64,000 bases of DNA, taken from assembly GCA_051294375.1 (NCBI GenBank), contig CM119263.1:9036278-9100277 (forward strand). Reading direction: 5' to 3'. The position numbers and the translations under genes were made by a program. Each line of letters begins with the position of its first letter. The first letter of the stretch is position 1. Shown one piece after another: positions 25,999 through 44,626 of this stretch. The notes under the pieces are model-generated. The model was not told where the DNA came from. It saw only the letters and a list, made by a program, of their open reading frames with translations, and did not search any database. Origin of the DNA: Paraspadella gotoi (lineage: Eukaryota; Animalia; Chaetognatha).

Positions 25999-28148
25999 AT
26001 GAAGTTTTTAATTTGGTTTTTGTTGTTGGCACTCTCAAACTTCGTCCTTGGAGGTAAGATTAGATGATATATGATTGACCAACCAAGTCTCTAACCTATT
26101 TTTGATTTCATATTATTATTATACTGTATTACACAGTATTACAGTATTACACAGTAATACAGTATTATTATTATTATTATTATTATTATACTATTATTTT
26201 TTTCTTCTTAGGAAAATGGAAGAACGAAACTTTGAAGACGGGGATGAGTAAGAGGGGGAATTATTGTCCTGTAAATCCACGAGGTGAGGACTAAGGAGTA
26301 AACCAAGGAAATAGTGTTAAACGAATGACAAGGGTCACAAATTTGTGAAGAATTATTATAACAGACAAAATGAACATCAGTTATAGTGCTTGGTCAAGAA
26401 CTGCATTTCATACTGTATCCTGTCACTACAGACTGCTACACTAACTTATGGGTTAATTCACTATTAAGATATTAATAAATATTCTAGGCCACCTCCGAAC
26501 CCGAACCCGAACCAAATATTCACCTTAATTCGGAATTCCCTTTAGGAAAATTGTACTTACTCTCCAACACGGAGGAAACAGCGCTCGGTAGACCAACACT
26601 GGTTATTAACAATATTAATTCACATTATGAGTTTAAGAGTCCTGAAAGTCAAAAGTTAGATTATTAGTACATCTTTTTGAATTAATCAATAAATTTATGA
26701 AATAATTTGCAAATAATTATTGTCAAAAGTTTTTATTTTGAAAGTTTTAGTTCTAAAAATTTAATTTTGAAAAAAATATTTTTAAAACTTAATTTTAAAA
26801 CCAATATATAGAATTTTTAAAAGTTTTAATTTTAAAAATTATGCTGAAAAATGTAATTTAAAAAGTTTTAATTTTAAAAACAAATTAATAAAATTTGTCT
26901 ATACAACCTACGATTATCCCTATCTTTATACTACATTACAAAGAGTAGTGATGGTAAAAATAAAAATACAATAAAAATAAAATAAACATAAATATGTTAT
27001 TGGTCAACATTAATATATATATTTAGAAAAAGAAATTCAGCCACCGCCATGGCATTCTGTAAAACTGCATAACTTTTTCCCTTAGATGTGTAACTGCTAT
27101 CCACAGCATCTCTCACCAAGAGTATTTGGAGGTCTCGTTGCGATGGTGGATCGAGAAAGCGGAATTCACTTGTACAACGAGATCCTTAGTGAGATATATA
27201 TACACGTATATATAAATATATGTATATACATACATTGTATATAACACAAGTTTATTGTCTGATTTTCTCAATCAGCTGCCAGCGCAAAGTTTAACTCGGG
27301 AAAATCTCCAAACATGCCAGGGGCTTATATCGACTACCAAGCTTTCGATAAATGGAAACCCACATTCGCTCAAGGAGGCAAGGTCAGTCGCTATTTCAAT
27401 TTATCAAACTGCACATATACGTATATTCAAATGATAAATTCATTCATCTTGAGTTTTCATTGTCTGTGGCCAGCCAATTAAGTTTTTATAATTTGTGCCA
27501 TTCGGTTTGTGAATCCTCACTGAATCTCTCTTAGGTTCGCTTCGTGTTTTGGAAAAAGATTGGCTCGAGTTACAAAGCGGTCGTCGACATTATCTTCAAT
27601 GGAAAGGGCAGCGACAGTGTCAACTGGTTCGCCAGAAATAGGGTGTTGGAGATAGTCGCAGGACCTGATGTCGCTTATTCCCGCCCGAGATTTTTCAATT
27701 TCTGGAGCATGAGAGGATTCATAGGGTAGTATGGCGTGAGATTCACCCTTTATCGATTATTTTGCCAATCTCCTATTCACCGTTGTCCTCTTCCTGGCAG
27801 ACGCGATTTTCAGCGAAACTTTCTCGTCAACCACTGGTCCGCAAATTGCGATACAACGAACGGAATGATCTTTACCTTAGAATTGTAACGAATTCGCCCA
27901 AAAGACTGATTTGAGACTTAGCCAAATCGAAAAATCTAGACTATTGAGTTTTTAGTTAAAGTTCGTAAATTTTCTGTTATCTCTTCAGACCCGACCCTTG
28001 TGGAAATTGGCTCGGTCACACCGCAAGACAGGCAGGAAGGGGTTACCCACGTTTTGGCTATTCGACCACTGGCTTTATATGCGTATGGGGCCACAAGGAT
28101 TGCTGGGACGAAGCTGACAAACTCGCTATATATACCATGATGTCATGA
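25999..28148 (+). CDS. 8-exon gene encoding a 266-aa predicted secreted Cys-containing protein of an uncharacterised invertebrate domain family
   Basis: Exons 25999-26053, 26212-26270, 26546-26587, 27086-27188, 27276-27382, 27535-27725, 27801-27884 and 27989-28148. All are GT-AG with compatible phases and total 801 nt without internal stops. Protein: MKFLIWFLLLALSNFVLG (signal peptide) GKWKNETLKTGMSKRGNYCPENCTYSPTRRKQRSMCNCYPQHLSPRVFGGLVAMVDRESGIHLYNEILTASAKFNSGKSPNMPGAYIDYQAFDKWKPTFAQGGKVRFVFWKKIGSSYKAVVDIIFNGKGSDSVNWFARNRVLEIVAGPDVAYSRPRFFNFWSMRGFIGRDFQRNFLVNHWSANCDTTNGMIFTLELPDPCGNWLGHTARQAGRGYPRFGYSTTGFICVWGHKDCWDEADKLAIYTMMS*. The exon 2 and exon 3 boundaries are the least certain. Confidence 0.85.
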
Positions 28149-28789
28149 TATCGAAGGAGATGACATGGAGACAACACGACTTCGATTCTGTTCTATGATG
28201 AAATTATTTTCTAAACTCGAGCTACGCTTTTAGTATTAATCTCTTAATGAATAATACACATCTTTTTATACAATTGAAACAGAAAATATTATATCACTTC
28301 ATTGATAAGGGTAAGATAAGTGTAGATTCCTACTGACCATTGCCAAGACAGATAAACATATACGAACGCTTTCGGTTTTACCATGATCGCTTTCCCCAAA
28401 GACACCGCATAAATATTTTTATTTCATCTTTTTGACTAATCTGGCCAAGTGGTCATTAGCCAAGCGAGAAGAATCACTCTTCTCTGGATTTACTTTGGAA
28501 AGGCGTCGGGTATCCGTTTTATTTTAACTTGTTAAAATTTGTTTGACATCCTCGAATTTTAGATTTAATCCCAATACTCATATGACACTCATTTAAAACT
28601 CTATCCTTCAGTTTTCCTAAACTCACCTCTCAGTTCTTTCCTCACCTCTTTCCTCACCTCCGCCTCGTCTTCGCCTCTCGCGGTCGCCCCGTCCTCGCGG
28701 TCCAGGGTCATTTTCGGGTCATCAGATCTCGACGTTCGACCGCGTGACCCCCCCCCCCCCCAGAATCTCGACCGGCGGATGCGGGAGAC

Positions 28790-28795
<6 letters not shown>

Positions 28796-28879
<84 letters not shown>
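28796..28879. repeat. (AG)n microsatellite
   Basis: Seen directly. Confidence 0.95.
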
Positions 28880-28884
<5 letters not shown>

Positions 28885-30542
28885 AGAGCAAAACGGTTGG
28901 AAGTCGTCTTGACGCGAGGTGAGTTTCGAGAACGGAATTAATTTCTATCCTTACCGACGGCCTCACCCTAAGCCGGATTTTTTTCCCCGTCGTCGTCGTC
29001 GTCGTCGTCGTCGTCTCCGTCGCGCCAGGGATCAAAATTCAGACTCGATTCAGAAATTCGCGTCGGGATTCGAAAAAAAAGGAACAAATTCTCCTTTGTT
29101 TTCTCTTTCGTTTTTCTCTCCGCGGGGTAAGGGATTGATGGGGAGAAAGGAAAGGTCTCGGAAGGTGGGTGGCGGAGAGAAGAGAAGGATGACGGGTGGC
29201 TGGGGTAAGTTTGACAAATGGTTCGGAAGGGAGGGCAAAAAAAACGGAATTATTCAGAGTAAGGCGGAAAGAAGTAAGTTTCAAAGAATCGAGACAAAGT
29301 TGATCCATTAAAGGAAGGTAATGTGCCGCGGAAAGCTGCGCATTCGAAAAGGGCGAGTCCCATGAGTGTGAGTGAGAGAGAGTCAAGAACCGCGAAGGAA
29401 AGTGCGTTGAGCCGAAGATACGAATTAGCGGCTCATTCCGTTTTTTTTGGAGAGAGAGTGAGAAAGAGTGAGTTTGGGTGAGGGAAGAAAGGGAAGAGCA
29501 GAAGATGTTTCGGTCGATTCGACCGAGGAACGAAAAAAGGGCGGGGGTCGAAAAAAAGAGTGGGCGGAGGTGAGGTTGTGGTAAGTTGCGTGGGATCGAG
29601 GGCGAAAGGAAGAGGAAGAACGAAGTCAGTTAATTCTTACAAAATGGTCTCGCGATCTTTTCGCTTTACTTAGCTCTTTTATCTTTACCCGTGACTTTTT
29701 GGGCCTTATCTTCCATCAAATCTTGACTGATCTTTGTCGACGTGACGACTATTCGAAATTGCTTATCTCCACTCCACACTCGTCACTACTATCTGCAATT
29801 ACAGTAGTAAACTAGTAATTATTACTCTCATCACGTCGTTAACTATTCCACTAAACTCCCCGACTCCACCTCTCCGACTCCACCTCTCCTTACCTTTCAA
29901 CTCCTCACCCAAACTTACCCAACTCACGCTCCGGATCGTTTTTTTCCCTTCCTCTTCGCTCCTCATCTTAATGGGTCGAGAAAATCGAGGTTCGACCGAA
30001 ACGGATTCCCTCGCTCCACTTCCTCTGTTTTTCTTTCCCTTCTTCTCGCCTCTTTATAATTGAGAAAAATAATTACCCTTCACTCTCTTTTTTATTTCCG
30101 TTTTATCCTCCTCTTTTTATTTCTTTTCCTTATTCATTTATCCTTCTTTTCTTTAAATTTCTCCTAATTTCCTATTTTCCTTTTTTTTTTTCGATTATTC
30201 CTTCTCTTCCTCTTAGTTTTATCAACTTCATATTCTATAATTTCTCGCTTTTCTATTAATAATGATTTTCTTAATTTTTTCCTTTCTACATCTAACTATT
30301 CTCTATCCGCATTGCTTTATTTCCTACTATTTCTGTTTTGTATCTCTTTTTTTCTTCTGCTCATAAACTTTTATTTTTCTCTCTTCTGTTCATAAACTTT
30401 TCTTTTTCTCTCTCCCTTTCATCTTCCCATCTCTTCCACTCCTTTCAAGCGTCAGTATTAAATGTAATGAAAAACCTGAGAAATTCTGAGCTTTCGGAAC
30501 CTTTTCCTCTGCAAACAGATCTAGTCTGAGCCCGAGAGGCGT

Positions 30543-30586
<44 letters not shown>

Positions 30587-31430
30587 ATCCGAAACCACAA
30601 AACGACTCGCAGATAAAAACTTTCGCTGCAAAATCTCTCGAGAGTCTGACACAAGCATTTTTTTAAAGAGGACGCCTTTCCTGGAGGAGACGCTTCGTTT
30701 TACGCTTTTCTGCGGAGAAGACGACAGAGAGAGNNNNNNNNNNAGAGAGAGAGATAAACAGCGCTATTATAAAATTTAACGCTTCTACACAAGTTTCTTA
30801 CCAGTTTTCCCATCTTTTCCTCGTTTCTTTTCAGAATCACAAACTAAGTCTCGCTCACTCACTATGTATATGATAATACTTTTTCGCCCCGGTCCCCAGC
30901 AGCGGTTAGGGGAAAACAGTTTTAAAAGAACCTTAGTCTACTCGTGATTTTTCTTGTCTCTTCCTTCGCTTTTCTCATTTCCCGACGCGAATTTCTGCGC
31001 GGGAAAAAAACCCATCGCCGAGGGAAATTCCCCGTTCGGTGGAAAACAACAACAACAACGACGACGATTAGGAAAAATCCCGCGCGAAAATGGAGCTGAA
31101 ATTTATCTTGATAATTTAAAAGTGTCTTCGTGAGGAAATGAGGAAAGTAAAAGTGTAAAAAGAAATAAAAAAGTTCAAATTGGACGAAAAAGATGAAAAT
31201 GAAAAAAATGAAAAGCGACTCAAGGATTTGTTTTCAGAGTAAATCCCACAGCGTGTAGTTGAGGGGGAATATTTTTTCTTTATTTCTTCGCTTTGGAAAA
31301 AAAAAATCAGAGGGGGCAAATGATCCTTTTTTTAAATTTTGAAAAATAAATCTTTCTCTTAATCTCTCTTTCTCTCTCTCTCTCTCTCTCTGCCTCCATC
31401 ACTCTCTTCTCTCTCTGCCTCAATCTTTCT

Positions 31431-31489
<59 letters not shown>

Positions 31490-31900
31490 CTCTCTGCCTC
31501 TATCTCTCTCTCTCTTTTCCTTTTTTTTCTGATGTTTTTTGTTGTATATACAAATGAACGATAGTGCAACGCTAAATGTTTTTTAAGCAAGAAAGTACAA
31601 TTTTGATAAAATTGGGGGGAAAGAAAGAGATAGTTGAAAGTTAATAGTTGCAGAGAAAGAATTCGATAGCCCGACAAGGATAAATGATATTGAAATCATG
31701 CTGAGTCCGACAACCAGAATTAAATCGAGAAAAATCCAAAAAAGGTAAAAACTTGAAATCATCTCGGAGGGTAAGGAGCGAAAAGCAAAACAGCAGGAAG
31801 GGTGAGGGCTTAAGAGTGAATACCGAGTCGACGGGGAGTCTTAATCGGGGGTGGGGGTCGATATTGGAATCTCTCCACTTTTCACGAAAAAGGTATAAGA

Positions 31901-31957
<57 letters not shown>

Positions 31958-32519
31958 TAACAATCAGTGACGTCACAAAGTCTGAGGATGAAAGATAAAC
32001 CGCACCTGAAACAACTACTTTTACCGCCGCTCATATAAAGAACGTAATAATTTATGACGCAATATTCTCTCGAGTGCTTGATTTTAGACGCGAGATATAT
32101 TCGCGTCGCGTCGAGATAAAAAAAAAAGAGAAAAGGAAAAGGATATTTGAAAGTATAATTTTTTTGGAGGGAAAATGCGACTCCCGCCATTCTTTTCGAG
32201 CCTTTCTACAAGAAATGTCGTAAAAATTTTAAAGCTTAAAAAAGAAGGAAAAGTAGGACAAGTGCAACATATATAGTCATAAAATGAGATTACTTTATTC
32301 TTTTATATCGAAGCAAGTTTTTTTAACTTTTTATACAACTCGAAAAATTGCAAAGCTTATCGAAATACAAACTACTTTGCTAACCGCCTTACCTGGCACA
32401 AAATTAAATATTATAAACTAAAGAAATAGCGGAACCTCAGAGGAATTTCCTTAAAAGGAGTTTCCGGCTAAAGCGATACTTCCGAGCGTGGAACGGAAAA
32501 AGCCGTGTGGGGGTAAGTC

Positions 32520-32576
<57 letters not shown>

Positions 32577-33852
32577 TTGTGGAAAGGTAGAAGTAAATCC
32601 GTCTGGTCTGGAGAGTCGGGTAAGTCATCTTCGATTTTATGACTCCGTTGTCGGGCGAACGAGTTTTCAATTCGTTTGTCTGGGTCGTCTTCGTTATCGT
32701 CGTCTGCGTCCCTGTCTAAATCGTCCCTCAGCCTTCGTTGAAGTTGATTTACTTTAACTTTATTGGCAATATTTTCTAAAAGTCCCCAATTTTAGCCAAA
32801 ATTCAGAATTAAATTAGTTTTAAGATTTAGAATTAAGTTAGGAGTTAGGGATAGGGATCGGGGTAGTGATTAGTGTTATGTAAATTTGTTAAGGATCTCG
32901 TTAGAGATTTTGATTGCTAAAAATATTGCCAATGTATTTTTATTTTCTTTAAATTTATACGTAATGATGAATTATATTGTTTTACGTCCAACAATATATT
33001 TCCAAAGACAATTTCTTCCCTCTCCTGTTTCGAAAACGTTGCCATGTCGTGCAACTCTCCAAAACCTGCTCGGCATGCCCGACGCCACGCTAGGCCATCG
33101 GCGCACCCTCAAGCGGCTCGTCGAGGCGCGAATGATAGTCGCGAATTTAATCATTTCGACTTCTTCCATTTTTCGGCCTCGTAACTCATCTCGTCCCCAA
33201 TTTCGATTCACGGGACAACGACAAAGATGACGTCGACGAAGATGACGACGACGAAGATGACGACGACAACAAATGATGAATGATAAAGACGACGTCAGAT
33301 GACAAAGTGATTTTAAAGGTAAACCGCAACGTTTATCTTGTGTAATGCGGAAGACTCTTGTGCGGGAGTTGGGAAGCAAAATTTGTTGTTCGTTTTAGAA
33401 ATTTCTAGGCTAAAATACTTTTTACATCCCTCTTTTCATTTCTATAGATCAACAATGACAACGAATAACGATAATTAATAATGACGACGACGACAATGAA
33501 AGAGACGAGCGACCGACCGTCACGAAAACGTCCGAGTAGAAAAACCGAGAGACTCCGAGAGAGAAAAATGACGAAAAGCGAATATCGACTCGCGAAGGCG
33601 GAAGAAATTTTCACGGGTGAGCGAATCGAGAAACGCGAAACAAAGAATCGAAAATAGGAAAAGGGGGGTGGAAGGGGGGAGGAAATTGGGGGTATTGAGG
33701 GGGGGGGGAAGAAATGCGGTTTGCGGTGGCTTAGGAAAGGGGGGTGGGGGTAAGGGGCGTTTAAATTGATCGAGCCAACGTTTATCATTTACGGGATTTC
33801 GGTTCGCGACTCAATTTAATTCGGGAGGGAAAAAGAGAGAGGAGAGGGAAGA

Positions 33853-33912
<60 letters not shown>

Positions 33913-34084
33913 AGGGAAGCGAGAAATCGAGAAGCTAAAGCGATTGGGAAAAGGAATAGGTAAGTTGATTCCGCGAACGCCTGCGGTAAGGCAGAGTTGG
34001 TCGGAAAGGTAAGGCGGGTCACGTTCGAAGAAACGCGCGTGATATCGAAAGACTCAAAAAGCTCACATTTCGTTTCAGGTGAAC

Positions 34085-34906
34085 NNNNNNNNNNNNNNNN
34101 NNNNNNNNNNNNNNNNNNNNNNNNNNNNNNNNNNNNNNNNNNNNNNNNNNNNNNNNNNNNNNNNNNNNNNNNNNNNNNNNNNNNNNNNNNNNNNNNNNNN
34201 NNNNNNNNNNNNNNNNNNNNNNNNNNNNNNNNNNNNNNNNNNNNNNNNNNNNNNNNNNNNNNNNNNNNNNNNNNNNNNNNNNNNNNNNNNNNNNNNNNNN
34301 NNNNNNNNNNNNNNNNNNNNNNNNNNNNNNNNNNNNNNNNNNNNNNNNNNNNNNNNNNNNNNNNNNNNNNNNNNNNNNNNNNNNNNNNNNNNNNNNNNNN
34401 NNNNNNNNNNNNNNNNNNNNNNNNNNNNNNNNNNNNNNNNNNNNNNNNNNNNNNNNNNNNNNNNNNNNNNNNNNNNNNNNNNNNNNNNNNNNNNNNNNNN
34501 NNNNNNNNNNNNNNNNNNNNNNNNNNNNNNNNNNNNNNNNNNNNNNNNNNNNNNNNNNNNNNNNNNNNNNNNNNNNNNNNNNNNNNNNNNNNNNNNNNNN
34601 NNNNNNNNNNNNNNNNNNNNNNNNNNNNNNNNNNNNNNNNNNNNNNNNNNNNNNNNNNNNNNNNNNNNNNNNNNNNNNNNNNNNNNNNNNNNNNNNNNNN
34701 NNNNNNNNNNNNNNNNNNNNNNNNNNNNNNNNNNNNNNNNNNNNNNNNNNNNNNNNNNNNNNNNNNNNNNNNNNNNNNNNNNNNNNNNNNNNNNNNNNNN
34801 NNNNNNNNNNNNNNNNNNNNNNNNNNNNNNNNNNNNNNNNNNNNNNNNNNNNNNNNNNNNNNNNNNNNNNNNNNNNNNNNNNNNNNNNNNNNNNNNNNNN
34901 NNNNNN
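34085..34906. other. Assembly gap (about 820 N)
   Basis: Seen directly. Confidence 0.98.
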
Positions 34907-35471
34907 TTTAGAATTTTTGTATGTAACTTTCACTACGCCTTACTGGGTAGTGGATACTGTGTACTGCGTACTGGGTAGTATTGAAATTAATGAAACATTC
35001 AATGTGGGATTCAGTGCAGTATTTTTTCTAACCATGCATTCCAATTATTTTGTTCCTTCGTTTTTCAATATTTCGATATTTTTCATTTGTAGAATTCAAA
35101 ATGTTGTTGCGATAGAATTCTACTTTCTACGAGAACATTAATTTCCATTTACGGACTAAATTATCAACGAATCTACTGGTATTTTTGGATTTTACGATCG
35201 AGTACAAACAGTAAAAGAATTGCCTCGTGATTTCCGCCTTGATCTAAACGTGTTTCAGCGTAATCTTCACACGAATAGCGTGACTCAGTAGTTGGAGAAC
35301 GAATACAACGGCGACGACGACGACGACGACGATAACGATGAATACGATGACGACGACGATGAAGACGATGACGAAGACGTGACAAATTCCAAGTTCGACT
35401 TATTATCTCTCTCCTTCAATGTTTTTCAGGTGTTTTTAATCCCGCGAATTATTTTCGCTTCACAAAATTCA

Positions 35472-35517
<46 letters not shown>

Positions 35518-35794
35518 GAGATTAATTTTTCTTTCTCCGTTTTCTCCTTTCTTTTCCCCCCAATTAATTTTAGGAACTGGAAACGAGGCAGAGAGGGAAA
35601 AAAAAATAGGGGGAGACTGAGAGAAAAACTGGAAATAAAAATTGTTCCGAAGTGGAATCGATCCGAGACCGAAAACGGGGTGGAATTAAAAATTAGCCAA
35701 GTCAGGCGAAATGATGACCGCGGGCGCGATGGTGGGGAATTACGATCGGGGGGCTTTTTTACGGTCCGACGGGTTTTACGTCCCTTTTATTCGC

Positions 35795-40545
<4,751 letters not shown>

Positions 40546-41442
40546 AATGAACGATCTGGTTTTTTCGTCATGCGAATATCCGACGCCAGTTTTAGGTCGA
40601 AAAGTTGCGTTGATAAGATTTCTTTTGTTCGGAGGTATACGTAGGGGAGAGTAGTGGAGTAGAGGATGAGAGAAGAGAGATGAGAGAAGAGATGNNNNNN
40701 NNNNNNNNNNNNNNNNNNNAGAGAGAGAGATGGAAGCGAAAAATACATCCAGAAAGGTCGAGGGCGACACAGAGACACGGATCGGATTTAAGAAACCATC
40801 ACGGTTTCGCATTCTGTAAAAAAATACTTTTCTATTCTCTTTTCTACCACTCCGAGTCTTTTCTCAGAGGGTAAACATTAAAACAAGAATAAAAAAAAAA
40901 CGAAATTCCTCTGAGGTAGAATTGACACGGCTGCATTTGAAGAAGCTGTTTGTCAAACTCCTATTTTATTCTTTCCTCTTCTTCAATCAACCTTAAAACT
41001 TCGAACAAACTTTCCCCACCCCCCCAAAAAAAAGACTCAAAATCCTTTGTTAATTGATTTCCCTTTTTTTCCCATTTTTTTGTGGACGACGATTTGAAAT
41101 GATATCTTGGGTCCTTGAGTTTCGAAACGACGTCGAAACTTTGAATGGGAGAACCGGCGGAAAGAGCGTCTTATTTAAATAACCAAATTTGTTTTAGATA
41201 TTTTACTTAAACACCTCTCTATTATACGTTATCCTTGAAAAGAGTTTTCAAACAAGTATATATATTGTTGAAAGGTAGAGACAAATTTCACTTATTGAAG
41301 TTATGATTTGAATAGTGGCAGTCAAGCGTTGCATAATTTTGCTTGAATAAATATTAAAAAAGCCAATTTAGACCGCAATTGATTTTAAGAACGTTGACCT
41401 TTGGAAAAGAAGATTTNNNNNNNNNNNNNNNNNNNNNNNNNT

Positions 41443-42444
41443 TGTTTAATGATATCTATCGTTCTCCTTTTCTATCATCTCTCCTCTCTACTCTCATCCT
41501 CTCTTCTCTCTCTCTCATCTCCATCTCTTCTCCCTATTCCTAAGACTTAGACACCGCGTCGAATCTCATCATCAATTCGAAACTGCATCATATCTTGGAT
41601 TTCCGATGTCGCATGACTCGATAGAGGCGTGAATACAACGTCAGACGCCGCTCACCGGTGACCGACTACAGACGAACAATCACGCTGATCACCGAGTGAC
41701 TCAGGGCAAAAACAATTGAACAGTACACGCACCTTAACAACGATAATGATGTGATTACCGAAAAAAAATAGCTACTTACAATGCTGATAAGAAGAATATT
41801 CCCGTTTACGTGTGGGGCCGTGAGAATGTGAAATGTGAACGGGAACAATAAGCCGGTCACGAAGTATATACGCCGACGCATAAAATAATGTGACACCACA
41901 CTGCGAGGAGGAACGAATGACTCGAGGTTCACCGTAACCTTCGACGAACGATGCCCAATTTTTCAAAATCACGATGTCACCTCAACTCTGCATAACAAAT
42001 AATCTTCGGCACCTTTGGAAAAGAAGATTTTATCGATTGAGGTGACATCGACTTTGAAAAATGGCATCGTTCGTCGAAGGTTCGGTGAACCTCGAGTCTT
42101 TCGTTCCATCTCATCAGGTGGTCACATATTTATCGTCGCTATCTCGTGACCGGATCGTTCCGTCACATGCACATCTCACGGCCCACACGAAAACGGGAAA
42201 TATCTTATCACATAGTAAGTACTAATTTTTTCGGTAATCACATCATATCGTTGTAGGTCGGTGAGTCATTGTTTTCCCTGAGTCACCGGTGATCACGTGA
42301 TGCGTCTTAGCGTCACCGGTGACGGCGTCACTGTATTCACGCCTCATCGAGTCAGCGACATCGGAAATCCAAAATGTCATTTGAATTATGATGAATCGAC
42401 TGGGTCACGCTTGAAAGAAAGAGAGAGAGAGTAAGAGAGAGAGA

Positions 42445-42506
<62 letters not shown>

Positions 42507-42540
42507 CAGATAGAAAGAGAACGATAGATATCATTAACGA
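41443..42540. repeat. About 0.5-kb-arm inverted repeat (41443-41985 vs 42037-42540) beginning at a 25-N gap
   Basis: TTCGACGAACGATGCC...GATGTCACCTCAA vs TTGAGGTGACATCG...GGCATCGTTCGTCGAA. The spacer repeats ACCTTTGGAAAAGAAGATTT, which is also the last sequence before the gap (41397-41416). Confidence 0.88.
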
Positions 42541-42663
42541 AATTCTTTCCCTATATTTGTCTCGGCTATTTCCCCGGCCGTTATGACGTAAACTAATGAA
42601 TTTAATAAAATAGTAATCAGAATTAATTAAGAAAGAATTTCGGGGGTCGTTGGTTTCGAGGGG

Positions 42664-42714
<51 letters not shown>

Positions 42715-43444
42715 TCTCGGAAATAAGGGTATCATTTATAACAATCATTAAGTGTATCGCTCTCGGTCGTCATGAGCGAGATTTATTGTAGCGATTAGAC
42801 GAAAAGGGGTTGACGCCCGAAAGGCTGGATACGCGGAAAGTCGTCATAACAACAACAGCATAAACGACGTCACAACATCAACGCCGATGATGAAGCGTTT
42901 TATTCGTTTCCTTTAAAAACTATTTTTGTTTTTATTTTTAAATTTATTTCTCTCNNNNNNNNNNNNNNNNNNNNNNNNNNNNNNNNNNNNNNNNNNNNNN
43001 NNNNNNNNNNNNNNNNNNNNNNNNNNNNNNNNNNNNNNNNNNNNNNNNNNNNNNNNNNNNNNNNNNNNNNNNNNNNNNNNNNNNNNNNNNNNNNNNNNNN
43101 NNNNNNNNNNNNNNNNNNNNNNNNNNNNNNNNNNNNNNNNNNNNNNNNNNNNNNNNNNNNNNNNNNNNNNNNNNNNNNNNNNNNNNNNNNNNNNNNNNNN
43201 NNNNNNNNNNNNNNCAAAGTTTTGTCCTTCGCCTCCTAATTGGCTTAAGATCGTCGTCGTCATGTTCGCCGATCGGGACGAACTGGGTTATATATGCGTC
43301 GACACGAGTTTCGGTGTCACTTCGATTTGTGATCTGAAGTCATGTCGATCATTCTTCCTCGCGATTTTGCGATCTCGTTTTAATCTCTGAAGTCTTGAAT
43401 TGACTGATTTAAGAATAGAGGTTTTAATTAACAGGAATGTCATT

Positions 43445-43585
43445 GATAATGTGAATACGTATATTTGAAATTTAAATGACAAAACAATTCAATGTTTTCA
43501 AAATACATAGATCGATAACTTGAATACGTAATATTTAAAGGACACCAAAACAAGTTCCAATGTTTTCAAAACCTACATTATGATA
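43445..43585. repeat. About 70-bp imperfect tandem duplication
   Basis: GATAA..TGAATACGTA..TTT..ACAAAACAA..TTC.AATGTTTTCAAAA occurs twice in tandem. Confidence 0.7.
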
Positions 43586-44445
43586 TAAAACAGAACGATT
43601 AGCCTAATTGAAATTTCATGAACTTTTACACACAGTAGTTAGCAATTCTCGTTCTCTCAATTCGCCTCTTTTTTTCGTGATGATGAGAGAGAGAGAGAAC
43701 AGAGCAGAGAGAGAGAGAGAAGAGCAGACGATAGAGACGAGCTGCAGAGAGAGCGAATCGCCTTGAGAGAGATGACTGAGAGACGAGATTAGGAGAGACT
43801 TGAGATGACGATGAGAAATGAATTGTTCAAGCAAATTTTGGTCCTCGACCCTTTCGCCTTAGACATTTGCCTTCATCAACCCCCTCCCCACTCCATACGG
43901 GAGCTCCACCCTCCCCTCTCCCCCCCTCTTACCCCTCCTCCCTCTACCCCTCCCCCCCCCTCATCGTACCGCCTACCCCCCCTTCGAGTACGAGCGAGCG
44001 TAATGACGACGAGATTTCCTTCTTTCTCTCCTCAATTCTTTTTTCTTTTTTTATTGTCGGCTGAATATTTTAAACAAAAAAATTTCCCGCGCACGATTAT
44101 TTTACAAATCTCTCTCTCTTTTCGTCTGTGAATAAATAAAGAGGAGCTGAAGAGGCGCATGGAGAGAAATCATACACGTTGGAGGCGAAGATGAATTTTT
44201 CTCGCCTGCCAGAAGGGCTAATAAATACGAATGGAGGCGGCATTTTCTGCCCGTTCTGTGGTCGTCGTCGTTGTTGTCGTCATCGAAGTTTTGTGTTTGA
44301 AAAAGAAAACGCGTGCGGGGATAATTGCATAGTAATTAGGTTTGCGAATGTAAGAAAAAAAACGGCCGTTGGCTTCGAATAAGTTTTCGCCCGTATATCC
44401 CGAAGCAGTCGCTTTAAGTTAAGTTTAAACCGTCCGCTTCCACAG

Positions 44446-44626
44446 ATGGACCATCCGGATCACCTATCCAGATCCCATTGCGCAATTTCGTTCCGCGGTT
44501 CAGGGCTGGAAACCATCTCAGCGCTTCTTCACTAGTCCTCATTCGCGCCTAATCGCCGCAACGCGCGCCCAAAAGCAAGAGATCGAGCGCATAAAGATTC
44601 ATGGACAAGTCGATATCCGTCTTTGA
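44446..44626 (+). CDS. Candidate terminal coding exon of an unidentified gene
   Basis: Acceptor CCGCTTCCACAG at 44445, then a GC-rich stop-free frame WTIRITYPDPIAQFRSAVQGWKPSQRFFTSPHSRLIAATRAQKQEIERIKIHGQVDIRL*. No homology recognised. Confidence 0.3.

Noticed and set aside
33040-33140. SAM-domain-like LQNLLGMPDATLGHRRTLKRLVEA (+)
   Set aside because: Short resemblance only, with no upstream SAM helices and no convincing exon boundaries.
41443-42540. Foldback/TIR transposon or hairpin-RNA locus
   Set aside because: The left arm is indel-noisy and starts at a 25-N gap, and the spacer re-uses the pre-gap sequence. There is no TSD or transposase, which fits a gap-fill artefact.
44430-44600. 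FAD-oxidoreductase-like SEEALRWFPALNRG..LRNGIW on the - strand
   Set aside because: The frame has a stop just upstream and lacks other family motifs. The + strand exon with a good acceptor is the better explanation.
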